Positions 1 to 8,989 of a stretch of 64,000 bases of DNA are shown here, piece after piece. The notes under the pieces are model-generated. The model searched no databases. It was not told the origin of the DNA and saw nothing but the letters and a program-made list of their open reading frames with translations. The stretch's first letter is position 1, and every line of letters starts with the position of its first letter. The position numbers and the translations under genes were made by a program. Source of the stretch: an uncultured Anaerolineales bacterium (GTDB taxonomy: Bacteria > Planctomycetota > Phycisphaerae > FEN-1346); contig CAZIJC010000007.1 in NCBI GenBank assembly GCA_964539385.1, forward strand, positions 1,193 through 65,192, in the 5' to 3' direction.

Positions 1-753
1 GGAGGTGGGCGAGGGCGTGGGCGCCTCCTCGGCGGCGGCGCCGGCCTTGTATTGCTTCTGCCACGCCACCCATTCGTCGTGGTACACGTCGGTGTTGATC
101 TTGAGGCACTTGCCGGTGGCGCCGCCGGCCGACCAGAACGTGGTCAGGCCGTCGAGCCTCTGCCAGCCGTCGGGCGTCTTGGCGCCCGTCTCGAAGGTGC
201 CGTTCTTGACGAGTTCCGGCCCGCGGGTGGGCGCCTTGGCGTCGGCCTCGGGCGTGGCCGTCGGCACGGGTTTCTTGCGGCGGCCGGTCAGTTGCAGGAG
301 GACCTGGTCCTGAACGGGGTTGACGAGTTGCGGCTCAGCGGCGCGGCGTGTGTCGCTTATGGTGAGGGCGTTCTTGTTCAGGTTGAGGTTGAGTCCGCGG
401 AACGTCATGGCAAAGCCGCTGCCTATGGGCCGGACCTCGCCCCACAGGCCGATCTTCGCGCCGAAGCGCTCGGTCAAGATTTTCGCCATCTCGGCGGGCG
501 GCGTGTCGAGCGTCGGCATCTTCTTGGCCGCCATCGCCTCCTTCAGGCTCAGCCGTTCGACGACGACCAGGTTCAGGCGCCTGGCGCGCAGGCGCAGGCG
601 TTCGGCGAACGCGAGGCCGGCCTTGCCGCCGTCGGGCGAGGAGAAGGGGAAGATCACGACCACGATCTCCTCCGGCTTCGGCGGCGCCTCGGCGCGGGCG
701 AGACCGCAGGCGGCCGCCAGCAGACACGCCGTCGCGGCCCAGCACGTTCGCAT
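1..753 (-). CDS. hypothetical secreted protein, N-terminal 251 codons only (gene runs off the left edge)
   Basis: My own reverse translation. ATG at 753, then an unbroken frame to base 1; it is absent from the ORF track because no stop lies in the window. Starts MRTCWAATACLLAAACGLARAEAPP, which looks like a signal peptide. Starts 4 nt after the stop of the upstream gene. Confidence 0.6.
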   Translation of the reverse strand, partial: MRTCWAATACLLAAACGLARAEAPPKPEEIVVVIFPFSSPDGGKAGLAFAERLRLRARRLNLVVVERLSLKEAMAAKKMPTLDTPPAEMAKILTERFGAKIGLWGEVRPIGSGFAMTFRGLNLNLNKNALTISDTRRAAEPQLVNPVQDQVLLQLTGRRKKPVPTATPEADAKAPTRGPELVKNGTFETGAKTPDGWQRLDGLTTFWSAGGATGKCLKINTDVYHDEWVAWQKQYKAGAAAEEAPTPSPTS

Positions 754-757
754 GGGG

Positions 758-1759
758 TCAGTCCTTTCCACGGCGCCGGAGGTCCCGCGCCACGCCGCGC
801 AGACGTTTCTCCAGCGCCTCTTTCGGGCGGACGGCCTGCTCGAACAGGACGGCCGCCACGTCCGACCAGTTGGTCACGACGTGGACGGTCTGCGGCAGGG
901 CCGCCAGTTCCGCCGCCAGTTTTTCGTAATCCTCCGGGTCGTCCTCCGACCAGTCCACGTGAAGGATGAGGATCGAGACCAGGCCCTGGTCGGCGTAGGC
1001 GCGGGCGTCGGAGATCTTGTCGCCGATGCCGGCGGCGAGGTTGCGGTAGGTGCGCTTGATGGAGGCGATGCGGCCGGTCTTGTAGTCGCCGCTGCCTTTC
1101 AGGAAGCCGCCCAGCGTGCTTGTCAGGACGGGCCCGGTCGGGAAGCGGTTCTCGGCGAGCCACCTCTTGCTCTTTGGCCCGAGGAAATCGGGCCGGTGCG
1201 TCAGGTACACGATGGTGTGCTTCTTGGCCAGGCGCTGGAGCACGAGGTTGGCGCCCGCCATCGGCTTGGCGCCGCCCAGCAGGACCCGGGCGAACCCCGA
1301 GGCCACGACCGTCTTGTCGAGGTCCACGACGACCAGCGGCGTGTCGGCCTTGCGGACAGCGACCAGCAGTTGGGTGTCCTGGATGGTTCTTTCCGGCTGG
1401 TCGTCGGGTTTGACGCGGACGCGTACGAAATAATCGCCGCACGTTTCGGGTGCGGTCCAGCGGACGGTGGCGTTGCCGTCAGGGTTGCCGGCGGCCTGGC
1501 CGAGGCGGCGCTCGTCGAGGTGGAACTGGATTCGCCTGCCCCCCTCGCCGGTCAGGCGCAGCCCGCTCCGCAGGCCGGCCTCCAGTGTCACCGCCTCGCC
1601 CGGTTCGACCAGGACGTCGCGGGCCAGCAGGACGGGCCCGACGCGGTCCTTGAGGTGCTTGAGCAGGTCGCTGAAGCCGGCCCGCGCGGCCGCCGGGCTG
1701 CAGAGGCAGACGGCCGCGACGAGCAGCAGACAGCCCCGCCGTGTGCCTGTCACCTTCAT
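758..1759 (-). CDS. HAD-type phosphatase, App1/LNS2-like (DUF2183-like), secreted or membrane-anchored
   Basis: ORF 758..1891, trimmed to Met45 (MKVTGTRRGCLLLVAAVCLC signal/anchor). Carries the DLDKT (DxDxT) motif, YLTHRPDFLGPKSKRWLAENRFPTGPVL and GIGDKISDARAY, which resemble the App1 catalytic domain. Confidence 0.65.
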   Translation of the reverse strand: MKVTGTRRGCLLLVAAVCLCSPAAARAGFSDLLKHLKDRVGPVLLARDVLVEPGEAVTLEAGLRSGLRLTGEGGRRIQFHLDERRLGQAAGNPDGNATVRWTAPETCGDYFVRVRVKPDDQPERTIQDTQLLVAVRKADTPLVVVDLDKTVVASGFARVLLGGAKPMAGANLVLQRLAKKHTIVYLTHRPDFLGPKSKRWLAENRFPTGPVLTSTLGGFLKGSGDYKTGRIASIKRTYRNLAAGIGDKISDARAYADQGLVSILILHVDWSEDDPEDYEKLAAELAALPQTVHVVTNWSDVAAVLFEQAVRPKEALEKRLRGVARDLRRRGKD

Positions 1760-1902
1760 CACGTTCAACCTACGCCGCGCCGAAGGGGCGGTCAATAGTT
1801 TTCGCAATTCGTGGGGTCCTGAACCTTGACGCAGAACCGCCCGCGTCGATACAGTGCTGTGCTTTGACGCATCCGGAACGGTGAGATTCAAAGGAGGCCG
1901 AT

Positions 1903-2781
1903 TTGGTCCGCAAGGCGCCGCAGCCCGATCTGGTTGACCTTCACGTGCACTCCAGCGTGAGCGACGGGCTCTACTCGCCGCACGGCGTCGTCCGCCAGGC
2001 GGCTGAGGTGGGCCTGGCGGCCGTCTCCCTGACGGACCACGACACGGTGGCCGGCGTGCGGGAGGCGATGGCGGCCGGCGAAGCGTTCGGCGTTGAGGTC
2101 ATTCCGGGGGTGGAGATATCGGCCGAGTTCGAGAATGGGGCGTGTCACATCCTCGGCTATTACATCAACGTGGAGGACGCGGCACTGAACGACGTCCTGC
2201 GCGACGCCCGCGAGGGCCGTGCCGTCCGGAACGCGAAGATCCTGAAACGCCTCAACGATTTGGGCTTCGCCCTCTCGATGGACGACGTGGCCTGCCGGGT
2301 GGCCGGCGGCACGCTGACGCGGGCGCACTTCGCCGCCGTCATGGTCGAGAGGGGCTACGCCAGGACGTGGGACGATGTGTTCGAGAAGTATCTCGGCCGT
2401 GGCAAGCCGGCGTTTGTTCCTCGCCGGCGCGTGCCGCCGGAAGAAGCGATCGCCGCCATCCGCGGGGCAGGCGGCCTTGCGGCGCTGGCGCATCCGCGGC
2501 AGTTGAACCGCGGCGCCGCCGAGACGGACGAGTGGATCGAGCGCCTCGCCGCCGCCGGGCTCGAGGCCGTGGAGACGGCCAGCCCGGACCACACGCCGAA
2601 CTTCGCGCGCCGCTACCGTGCGGCCGCCGAGCGGCTCGGCCTGCTGGAGGTGGGCGGCAGCGACTGGCACGGCCGCGACGATGCCGGTATCCACCTCGGC
2701 CTCGGCCGCGGGACGATGCTCGTGCATTACGACCGGGTGCAGAAGATGAAGGATCGCCTTGCTGCACGTGGAGAGACGTAG
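1903..2781 (+). CDS. PHP-domain phosphoesterase (TrpH/YciV-like)
   Basis: Begins VDLHVHSSVSDG...LTDHDTV, the PHP His/Asp signature. TTG start, preceded by AAAGGAGG about 6 nt upstream. Confidence 0.85.
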   Translation: MVRKAPQPDLVDLHVHSSVSDGLYSPHGVVRQAAEVGLAAVSLTDHDTVAGVREAMAAGEAFGVEVIPGVEISAEFENGACHILGYYINVEDAALNDVLRDAREGRAVRNAKILKRLNDLGFALSMDDVACRVAGGTLTRAHFAAVMVERGYARTWDDVFEKYLGRGKPAFVPRRRVPPEEAIAAIRGAGGLAALAHPRQLNRGAAETDEWIERLAAAGLEAVETASPDHTPNFARRYRAAAERLGLLEVGGSDWHGRDDAGIHLGLGRGTMLVHYDRVQKMKDRLAARGET

Positions 2782-2840
2782 GCCGCGGCGTGCCGCGGCA
2801 TTCCTGGCCGGTCATGATGTCTGAGAAGAAAGGATCCGCC

Positions 2841-3551
2841 ATGTTGAAAGTCACCCGTCGCGTTGCCCTGGCAAGCGTTTGCGTGTTGCTTGCCGCCCTC
2901 GTCTGCCGTGCCGCCAAGGGGCCCGCCCCGGTCCGGGTTGAGGATTACAAGGAGAGGATCCGCGTGGCGTGCGTGGGGGACAGCATCACCTTCGGCGCGG
3001 GGATCAAGGACCGCGGCAGGAACAGTTACCCCGTGCAGTTGGGTGCGATGCTGGGCGAGAAGTGGGAGGTCCGCAACTTCGGCGTCAGCGGCGCCACGCT
3101 GCTGAAGAAGGGCGACAAGCCTTACCACAAGCAGAAGGCATACGCCGACGCGCTGGCGTATGTGCCCGACGTGGTGATCATCAAACTGGGGACGAACGAC
3201 TCGAAGCCGCAGAACTGGAAACACAAGGCCGACTTCGCCGCCGACTACCAAGAGATGATCGCCGCCTTCCGGAAGGCGAACGCAAAGGTCCGCGTGTACG
3301 TGTGTCTGCCCGTGCCGGCGTTTCCCGGCAGGTGGGGCATCGACGACGGAAGGATCCGGAACGAGGTCATCCCCCTGACCATCAAGGTCGTCAGGGAGTG
3401 CGGCGCGACGGGGATCGACCTGTACACGGCGCTGAGCGGCAAGAAGGAACTGTTCCCCGACACGGTTCACCCCAACCGCGAGGGGGCCGCCCTGATGGCC
3501 GCCAGGATTTGCCGCGCCCTGACGGGCAAGGCGGTCAAGGCGGCGGCCTGA
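2841..3551 (+). CDS. SGNH/GDSL hydrolase (acetylesterase-like), secreted
   Basis: This is the 3' part of ORF 2142..3551. Start placed at MLKV, after the AAGGA Shine-Dalgarno. Signal peptide present. Carries the CVGDSITFG (GDS), GTNDS and DTVHPN (DxxH) blocks. Confidence 0.85.
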   Translation: MLKVTRRVALASVCVLLAALVCRAAKGPAPVRVEDYKERIRVACVGDSITFGAGIKDRGRNSYPVQLGAMLGEKWEVRNFGVSGATLLKKGDKPYHKQKAYADALAYVPDVVIIKLGTNDSKPQNWKHKADFAADYQEMIAAFRKANAKVRVYVCLPVPAFPGRWGIDDGRIRNEVIPLTIKVVRECGATGIDLYTALSGKKELFPDTVHPNREGAALMAARICRALTGKAVKAAA

Positions 3552-3573
3552 CCTCCTTCGGCAGCCGTGCCGG

Positions 3574-4404
3574 CTACGCCTTCGCGTCGTACTCGGCGCC
3601 GAGGTGATCGAGAATCTTCTTGAGCGTCCGGACGGCGTTATTGAACAGGTCGGGGCCGCTGAAGCCGGCGAACTGTCCGTCCACGGCCAGGTGCGGTTCG
3701 AGCGAGATGAAGCCGTCGTAGCCGCGCTCGCAAATCGCCTCGCGCAGGATCTCGGGGATACTGCCGTCGCCCTCGCCCGCGGGCACGATCTTGCCGCTCT
3801 CCATCAGGGCATCCTTGATGTGGAAGTAGACGACGTGGTCCCTGAGTGCGGCCCAGGCGTCGGCGGGTTTGACGCCCACCTGGATGAGGTTGGCGGGGTC
3901 GAAGATGAGGCCCATCCCGGGCACATTCTCTGCGATGTCGAGGCACGCCGCGGTTCCTTCGCCGTAGATGCCCTTCTCGTTTTCGTGCAGGAGCGTGACG
4001 GGCCGGCCTTTGGCCATCTCGATCTGCCGGTTCAAGCGGCGGATGATCTCGTCGCGGTGATCGGCGATCCGGGCGCCCTCGGGGGGGTAGTAACTGAAGA
4101 GGCGGATGTACGGGGCGCCGAAGAACTCGGCCGCATCGAGCGCTACCTTGAACCGGTCAACGTGGTCGGGCCACGGCTCGTCGATGCGTACCTTGCCGAT
4201 GGGCGAGCCGATGGACGAGACGCCGATGCCGGCATCGGCGAGGCGCTGGCGGACCTGGCCGCGCTGCTCGCCGGTCAGGTCCAGGACGTTGGTGTCCCAC
4301 ACGGCGCGCAGTTCGAGGAACCCCATGTTCTCGGCGGCGAGGGTCTGGATCTGGAGGTCAAGGTCGGGGCCGATCTCGTCGGCGAAACCACTCAGTCGGA
4401 TCAT
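3574..4404 (-). CDS. sugar phosphate isomerase/epimerase (xylose-isomerase-like TIM barrel)
   Basis: 276 aa with the family-typical pattern (LELR..., IRLFSYY, HENE, FDPAN, HIKD, SLEPH). Confidence 0.85.
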   Translation of the reverse strand: MIRLSGFADEIGPDLDLQIQTLAAENMGFLELRAVWDTNVLDLTGEQRGQVRQRLADAGIGVSSIGSPIGKVRIDEPWPDHVDRFKVALDAAEFFGAPYIRLFSYYPPEGARIADHRDEIIRRLNRQIEMAKGRPVTLLHENEKGIYGEGTAACLDIAENVPGMGLIFDPANLIQVGVKPADAWAALRDHVVYFHIKDALMESGKIVPAGEGDGSIPEILREAICERGYDGFISLEPHLAVDGQFAGFSGPDLFNNAVRTLKKILDHLGAEYDAKA

Positions 4405-4486
4405 CGGTCGCTCTCCTTGGCTTGGGATTGGAAATCTTCGACTGCGAATCTCGGATTCCCGTGCCGGCGCGACTGTGCAACCGGTT

Positions 4487-4524
4487 ACATGGTTGACACT
4501 TTAGACCAGGCACATGGTTGACAC
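4487..4524. repeat. perfect 13-bp direct repeat ACATGGTTGACAC, two copies 25 bp apart
   Basis: Copies at 4487-4499 and 4512-4524, in the spacer between the isomerase gene start and the DUF2283 stop. Confidence 0.85.
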
Positions 4525-4590
4525 ATTCCAAGGCAGTGCGACCGGTTGTCGGAAAAGCGGGCACCAGCGGCGAAGGTGACCGGACGCCTA

Positions 4591-4830
4591 CTATCCCAGG
4601 TGGATCTCTCGCTGCTTGCCCTCGGCCTCGTTCAGCAGCACGAGGTTTCCATCGTCCTCGGCCCACAACTGCTCATTGGCGTTCAGGAGTTCGATGCCGT
4701 ATACCGTCCCGTCCGGGGCGACGTCGACGTTCAGTTCGTCGCTCAGGCGGATTGTCTCGACCTCGCGACCAGCCTTTTTGTGCAGCCGCAGGTACGCGAC
4801 GTTGTGCCGCGGATCGTACGTCAGTTTCAT
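4591..4830 (-). CDS. DUF2283 family protein (putative antitoxin-like partner)
   Basis: 79 aa. MKLTYDPRHNVAYLRL...VDVAPDGTVYGIELLNA matches the DUF2283 pattern (YD..D..Y..., G.ivGIE). Lies 16 nt downstream of the DUF4258 gene. Confidence 0.8.
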   Translation of the reverse strand: MKLTYDPRHNVAYLRLHKKAGREVETIRLSDELNVDVAPDGTVYGIELLNANEQLWAEDDGNLVLLNEAEGKQREIHLG

Positions 4831-4846
4831 GGTCGGGCTCCTTGCC

Positions 4847-5098
4847 CTAATAGTACTTCACAAGCACCGTGATAACAAGCCAGCCGCCGGCCTCTTCGAC
4901 GGCGTATGCCTCCACCTGCTTGGTGGCGAACGTGCGGCCGCGCCGCTTGCCGCCGAACGGGAAGTTCCGCCGGAACCCCGTGCGGCCGAACTTCGCCTGG
5001 AACCGCTCCCCGTGCTCCACTGTGGCCACAACCTCGGCCTCGGCCGCGCCGCGTTCCGACACGCGGGCCACTGCATGGGGATGTAATCTTACGGTCAC
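4847..5098 (-). CDS. DUF4258 family protein (putative toxin-like partner)
   Basis: 83 aa. HPHAVARVSERG...EV and C-terminal LVITVLVKYY match the DUF4258 pattern. Confidence 0.75.
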   Translation of the reverse strand: MTVRLHPHAVARVSERGAAEAEVVATVEHGERFQAKFGRTGFRRNFPFGGKRRGRTFATKQVEAYAVEEAGGWLVITVLVKYY

Positions 5099-5203
5099 CA
5101 GACGTCCCGTTCAGACAGTCCTGCGTGGTTCACAGCACGGCCGCACTGTAGCGGCGCGGCCTGGCCAAGTCAACGTTGTGTCCGCGTGGGCGGGACAAAA
5201 CAC

Positions 5204-5233
5204 TGGATAACCGTCTTCGGCGGCGTCTATAAT
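5204..5233 (+). promoter_or_regulatory. candidate sigma70-type promoter for dapF (TGGATA-N18-TATAAT)
   Basis: An AT-rich hexamer pair read directly from the sequence, about 50 nt upstream of the dapF ATG in an otherwise GC-rich spacer. Confidence 0.4.
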
Positions 5234-5284
5234 TCTGCCGACACGGAAGCGCGGAATCGCGAAGGACGCCACGGGAAACGCATC

Positions 5285-6124
5285 ATGCGGTTCGCCAAGT
5301 TACACGGTGCCGGCAACGACTATATTTATGTGAACGGGTTTGAGAGCGACGTGGCCGACCCGTCGGCGCTGGCCGTGCGCGCGAGCGACCGTCATTTCGG
5401 CATCGGTGCCGACGGGCTGATCCTCGCCCTGCCGCCCGAGGGCGAGGCCGACCTGCGCATGCGCATGTTCAACGCCGACGGGTCGGAGGCCGAGATGTGC
5501 GGCAACGGGATCCGGTGCCTGGCGAAGTTCGCCGTCGAGCGCGGCCTGGCGGGGGGCGACGTCGTCCGCGTCGAGACGCTGGCCGGCATCCGCGACGTCA
5601 GGCTTGTCCGCGACGGCGACCGCATCGTTGGAGGCACGGTCGGCATGGGCCGGCCCGTCCTGACGCCGGCCGACATCCCCGTGGCGCTGGAGGGCGACCG
5701 GGCCGTCGACGTGCCCATTACCATAGATGACCGCGAGATGCGGATGACGTGCGTCGGCATGGGCAACCCTCACGCCGTCTTCTACGTGGAGTCGGCAGCC
5801 GGCTGGCCGCTCGAGACGCTCGGCCCGAAGATCGAGCGCCACGAACTGTTTCCCGAACGCATCAACGCTCACGTCGTGGAGGTCGTCTCGCGAGAGGAAG
5901 TCATCGTGCGGACGTGGGAGCGCGGCAGCGGCGCGACGCTGGCGTGCGGGACGGGGGCGAGTGCCGTGGCCGTTGCGGGGGTGCTGACGGGGCGGACCGG
6001 CCGGGCCATCCTCGCCCACGTGCCCGGCGGCGACCTGGAGGTCGAATGGCCGGAGCAGCAGGCCGAGGTCCGCCTAACCGGGCCGGTCGAGGAAGTTTTC
6101 ACCGGCCGGTTCCCCGACGCCTGA
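5285..6124 (+). CDS. dapF: diaminopimelate epimerase
   Basis: ORF 5186..6124 trimmed to Met34. MRFAKLHGAGNDYIYV, EMCGNGIRC and LACGTGASA (the two catalytic Cys blocks). Confidence 0.95.
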   Translation: MRFAKLHGAGNDYIYVNGFESDVADPSALAVRASDRHFGIGADGLILALPPEGEADLRMRMFNADGSEAEMCGNGIRCLAKFAVERGLAGGDVVRVETLAGIRDVRLVRDGDRIVGGTVGMGRPVLTPADIPVALEGDRAVDVPITIDDREMRMTCVGMGNPHAVFYVESAAGWPLETLGPKIERHELFPERINAHVVEVVSREEVIVRTWERGSGATLACGTGASAVAVAGVLTGRTGRAILAHVPGGDLEVEWPEQQAEVRLTGPVEEVFTGRFPDA

Positions 6125-6134
6125 ACCACTGCGA

Positions 6135-7928
6135 ATGACGAAACCCGAACGGCGAATGGGCTACGCATCGATCAGGGTTGGGAGCATCCGCACGCGCGGC
6201 GCGGCTTGCGGGCAAGCTGGGCTCTTCCTGGCGCTGACCGCAGGGTGCATGGCGGCGGCGCTGCTGCCGGCACGTGGCGACACGATCCCCAACTTCACGG
6301 CCGAGCAGATGGGCGGCACGCTGCGGCGTACCATGACCGCCGAACCCCAGAACCTCAACCCCCTCACGGGCAAGGATGTTTACGAGCGGCTCGTCAACGA
6401 GTTCGTTTACGAGCGGCTCATCGAACGGCATCCGGACACCCTTGAATTCGAGGGGCAATTGGCCGAGCGATGGGACGCCTCACCCGACGGCCGAGTCGTC
6501 ACCTTCCACCTGCGTCCCGAGGCGCGGTTCTCCGACGGGCATCCCGTCACGGCCGATGACGTCGTCTTCACGTACGAGACCGTGACGGATCCCAAGATCG
6601 ATTGCCGCAGCCTCGCCTCGTACTTCAAGGACTGCCGGAAATGCGAGAAACTCGACGACCACACCGTCCGCTACACGTGGAAAGAGCCGTACTTCAAGAC
6701 GCTTGAGGTCAGCGGCAGTTTCAGCCCCATCCTGCCGAAGCACATTTACGAGAAGCACGTCCGGGCCGACCCCGAGAGCGAGGACCCGAAGCACTTCAAC
6801 AAACTGGTCCAGGGTTTCATCGGGTCGGGGCCGTACACGTTCGTCAAGTGGACCACGGGGCAGGAGATCGTCCTGGCGCGCAACACGAACTACTGGGGCA
6901 AGCCCCGTGCCTTCGACCGCATCGTGTACCGGATTATTGTGGACACACAGGCGTCGGTCCAGGCGTTCCTGGCGGGGGAACTCGACGACCTGCCCATCAC
7001 CCCCGACTGGTGGGACAAGTTGAAGGACCACGAGCAGCGAGGCAAGAGGTTCCGGATGTACCGATACGCCACCCCCGCGAACGGGTACTCGTATATCGGC
7101 TGGAACGGCGCGACGTACCGGAGCGTGACGAAAAGCGACGGCACGGAAGATCGCATCGCCGAGCCTCACCCCATCTTCGGCGACAAACGCGTCCGCCGCG
7201 CCATGACCCACCTCATCGACCGCAAGCGCATCCTGAAGCACCTGTACTACGACATCGGCCAGGTGGCGACCGGCACCTTCTGGCCCAAGAGTCCACAGCA
7301 CGACCCCAGTATTGAGCCTTGGCCCTACGACCGCGCCGAGGGCATGCGGCTGCTGAAGGAGGCTGGCTGGGAAGACCGCGACCGAGACGGTTGGCTCGAA
7401 GACCGCACCGGTAAACGCTTCTCCTTCGAGTGGACCTTCTCGACGAGCGGCGGCGACACGCGTCTTCCCCGGCTGCTGAAGGAGGCGTTTCGTCGGATCG
7501 GCATCGAGGTCCGAACCCGGTTCATCGAGTGGTCGGTGTTCGTCCTGAAACTGGACCGCCGCGAGTTCGATGCGATCATCCTCGGATGGGGCGGCGGCGG
7601 CGTCGAGGCCGATCCCTACCAGATCTGGCACAGCGACGCCATCGCCGACCAGGGCCACAACTTCATCACCTTCCGCAACGCCGAGGCCGACCGCCTTATC
7701 ATGACCGCACGGGCCGAACTGGATGCGGCCAAACGGAATGTCCTCTATCACCGCTTCCACCGTCTCCTGCACGAGCAGCAGCCGTACACCTTCTTCATCG
7801 CCCGCGAGAGCCTGCGCCTGGTCTCGACGCGGGTCGAGAACGTGAACGTGCGGCGGGTGGGGATGGATACCGAGGAGTGGTGGATTCCCAAAGAGAAACG
7901 CCTGCCGCAGGGCGGAGGGGCACCGTGA
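6135..7928 (+). CDS. ABC transporter substrate-binding protein, family 5 (Opp/Dpp peptide/nickel type)
   Basis: 597 aa with a signal-like N-terminus and family-5 SBP-like sequence. It is the first gene of a five-gene ABC operon. Confidence 0.9.
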   Translation: MTKPERRMGYASIRVGSIRTRGAACGQAGLFLALTAGCMAAALLPARGDTIPNFTAEQMGGTLRRTMTAEPQNLNPLTGKDVYERLVNEFVYERLIERHPDTLEFEGQLAERWDASPDGRVVTFHLRPEARFSDGHPVTADDVVFTYETVTDPKIDCRSLASYFKDCRKCEKLDDHTVRYTWKEPYFKTLEVSGSFSPILPKHIYEKHVRADPESEDPKHFNKLVQGFIGSGPYTFVKWTTGQEIVLARNTNYWGKPRAFDRIVYRIIVDTQASVQAFLAGELDDLPITPDWWDKLKDHEQRGKRFRMYRYATPANGYSYIGWNGATYRSVTKSDGTEDRIAEPHPIFGDKRVRRAMTHLIDRKRILKHLYYDIGQVATGTFWPKSPQHDPSIEPWPYDRAEGMRLLKEAGWEDRDRDGWLEDRTGKRFSFEWTFSTSGGDTRLPRLLKEAFRRIGIEVRTRFIEWSVFVLKLDRREFDAIILGWGGGGVEADPYQIWHSDAIADQGHNFITFRNAEADRLIMTARAELDAAKRNVLYHRFHRLLHEQQPYTFFIARESLRLVSTRVENVNVRRVGMDTEEWWIPKEKRLPQGGGAP

Positions 7929-8989
7929 GAACCTATATCCTCAAACGCCTCCTCCTGATGATCCCGACCCTGGTGGGGATCACCCTCCTGACGTACGCCA
8001 TTGTCCGCCTTGCGCCCGGCGACCCGGTGGCGGCGATGATCCGCGCCCAGGCCGGCGACATCAACCCCAGGGTCTTCGCCAAGGAGGCCGACGCCATGCG
8101 CGAGAGGCTGGGCCTGACGGACTACAACCTCTGGGGCAAGGACCCCGAACGCATTGATCCGGCTGAACGCCTCGTCAACGCCTTCTGGGGGTATGGCCGC
8201 TGGGTGGGCCACATGGTCCGCGGCGATTTCGGCGAGAGCATGAAGTTTCGCACCTCCGACGGCAGCAAGAGTCCTGCGGCGTTGTATCTGGAGCGGGCCC
8301 ACATCACGATTCCCCTGAACGTGGTGGCTTCGATCATCATCTTCAGCATTGCCATCCCCGTCGGCCTGGCTTCCGCCCGGTACCGGGGGAAGGTGTTCGA
8401 CCGGGCCTCGACGATCGGGCTTCTCTTGCTGTGGAGCATCCCGGCCATCCTGGCGGGCACGCTCCTGATCGGCTTCCTTGGCCGAGGCGGCATCGGCCTG
8501 TGGTGGTTTCCCGCTTTCGGGCTTCATTCGGCCGGCCATGAGAATTTCGGCTTCTTGCACTGGACGCTGGACCTCCTGTGGCACGTCACGCTGCCTGTTG
8601 TGTGCATGGTGTATGGCGGCCTGGCGTATCTGGCCAAACTGGGTCGGGCGAGCCTGCTTGAGAACCTTCGGGCCGACTTCGTCCGGACCGCTCGCGCCAA
8701 GGGGGTGCCGGAGCGCCGCGTTGTGTACCACCACGCGCTTCGCAACAGCCTGATTCCCATGATTACCGTCATGGTCATGATGTTGCCCGGCTTTATAGGC
8801 GGCAGCGTCATCGTCGAGAAGATCTTCAGTATTCACGGTATGGGGATGCTGGTTGTCGGCGCCGCCCAGTCGCGCGACCTGTCGGTCATCATGTTCGGCA
8901 CGTTGCTCTATGGGACGCTGACACTGGTGGCCCTGCTGCTGGCCGACATCCTTTACGCATGGGCCGATCCGCGAGTGCGATTTGAGTGA
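7925..8989 (+). CDS. ABC transporter permease (OppB/DppB family)
   Basis: 3' part of ORF 7430..8989. The GTG start overlaps the SBP stop (GTGA). Begins VRTYILKRLLLMIPTLVGITLLTYAIVRLAPGDP, a typical DppB N-terminus. Confidence 0.9.
   Translation: MRTYILKRLLLMIPTLVGITLLTYAIVRLAPGDPVAAMIRAQAGDINPRVFAKEADAMRERLGLTDYNLWGKDPERIDPAERLVNAFWGYGRWVGHMVRGDFGESMKFRTSDGSKSPAALYLERAHITIPLNVVASIIIFSIAIPVGLASARYRGKVFDRASTIGLLLLWSIPAILAGTLLIGFLGRGGIGLWWFPAFGLHSAGHENFGFLHWTLDLLWHVTLPVVCMVYGGLAYLAKLGRASLLENLRADFVRTARAKGVPERRVVYHHALRNSLIPMITVMVMMLPGFIGGSVIVEKIFSIHGMGMLVVGAAQSRDLSVIMFGTLLYGTLTLVALLLADILYAWADPRVRFE

Noticed and set aside
2142-2840. Long N-terminal extensions of track ORFs, for example 2142..3551, 22458..24215, 41635..44055, 57937..59214, 58983..60035, 31154..32860 and 62415..63653.
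   Set aside because: The extensions overlap neighbouring well-supported genes or intergenic repeats, and they translate to Arg/Pro-rich nonsense. Internal starts with a Shine-Dalgarno sequence or stop-start coupling give proteins of canonical length.
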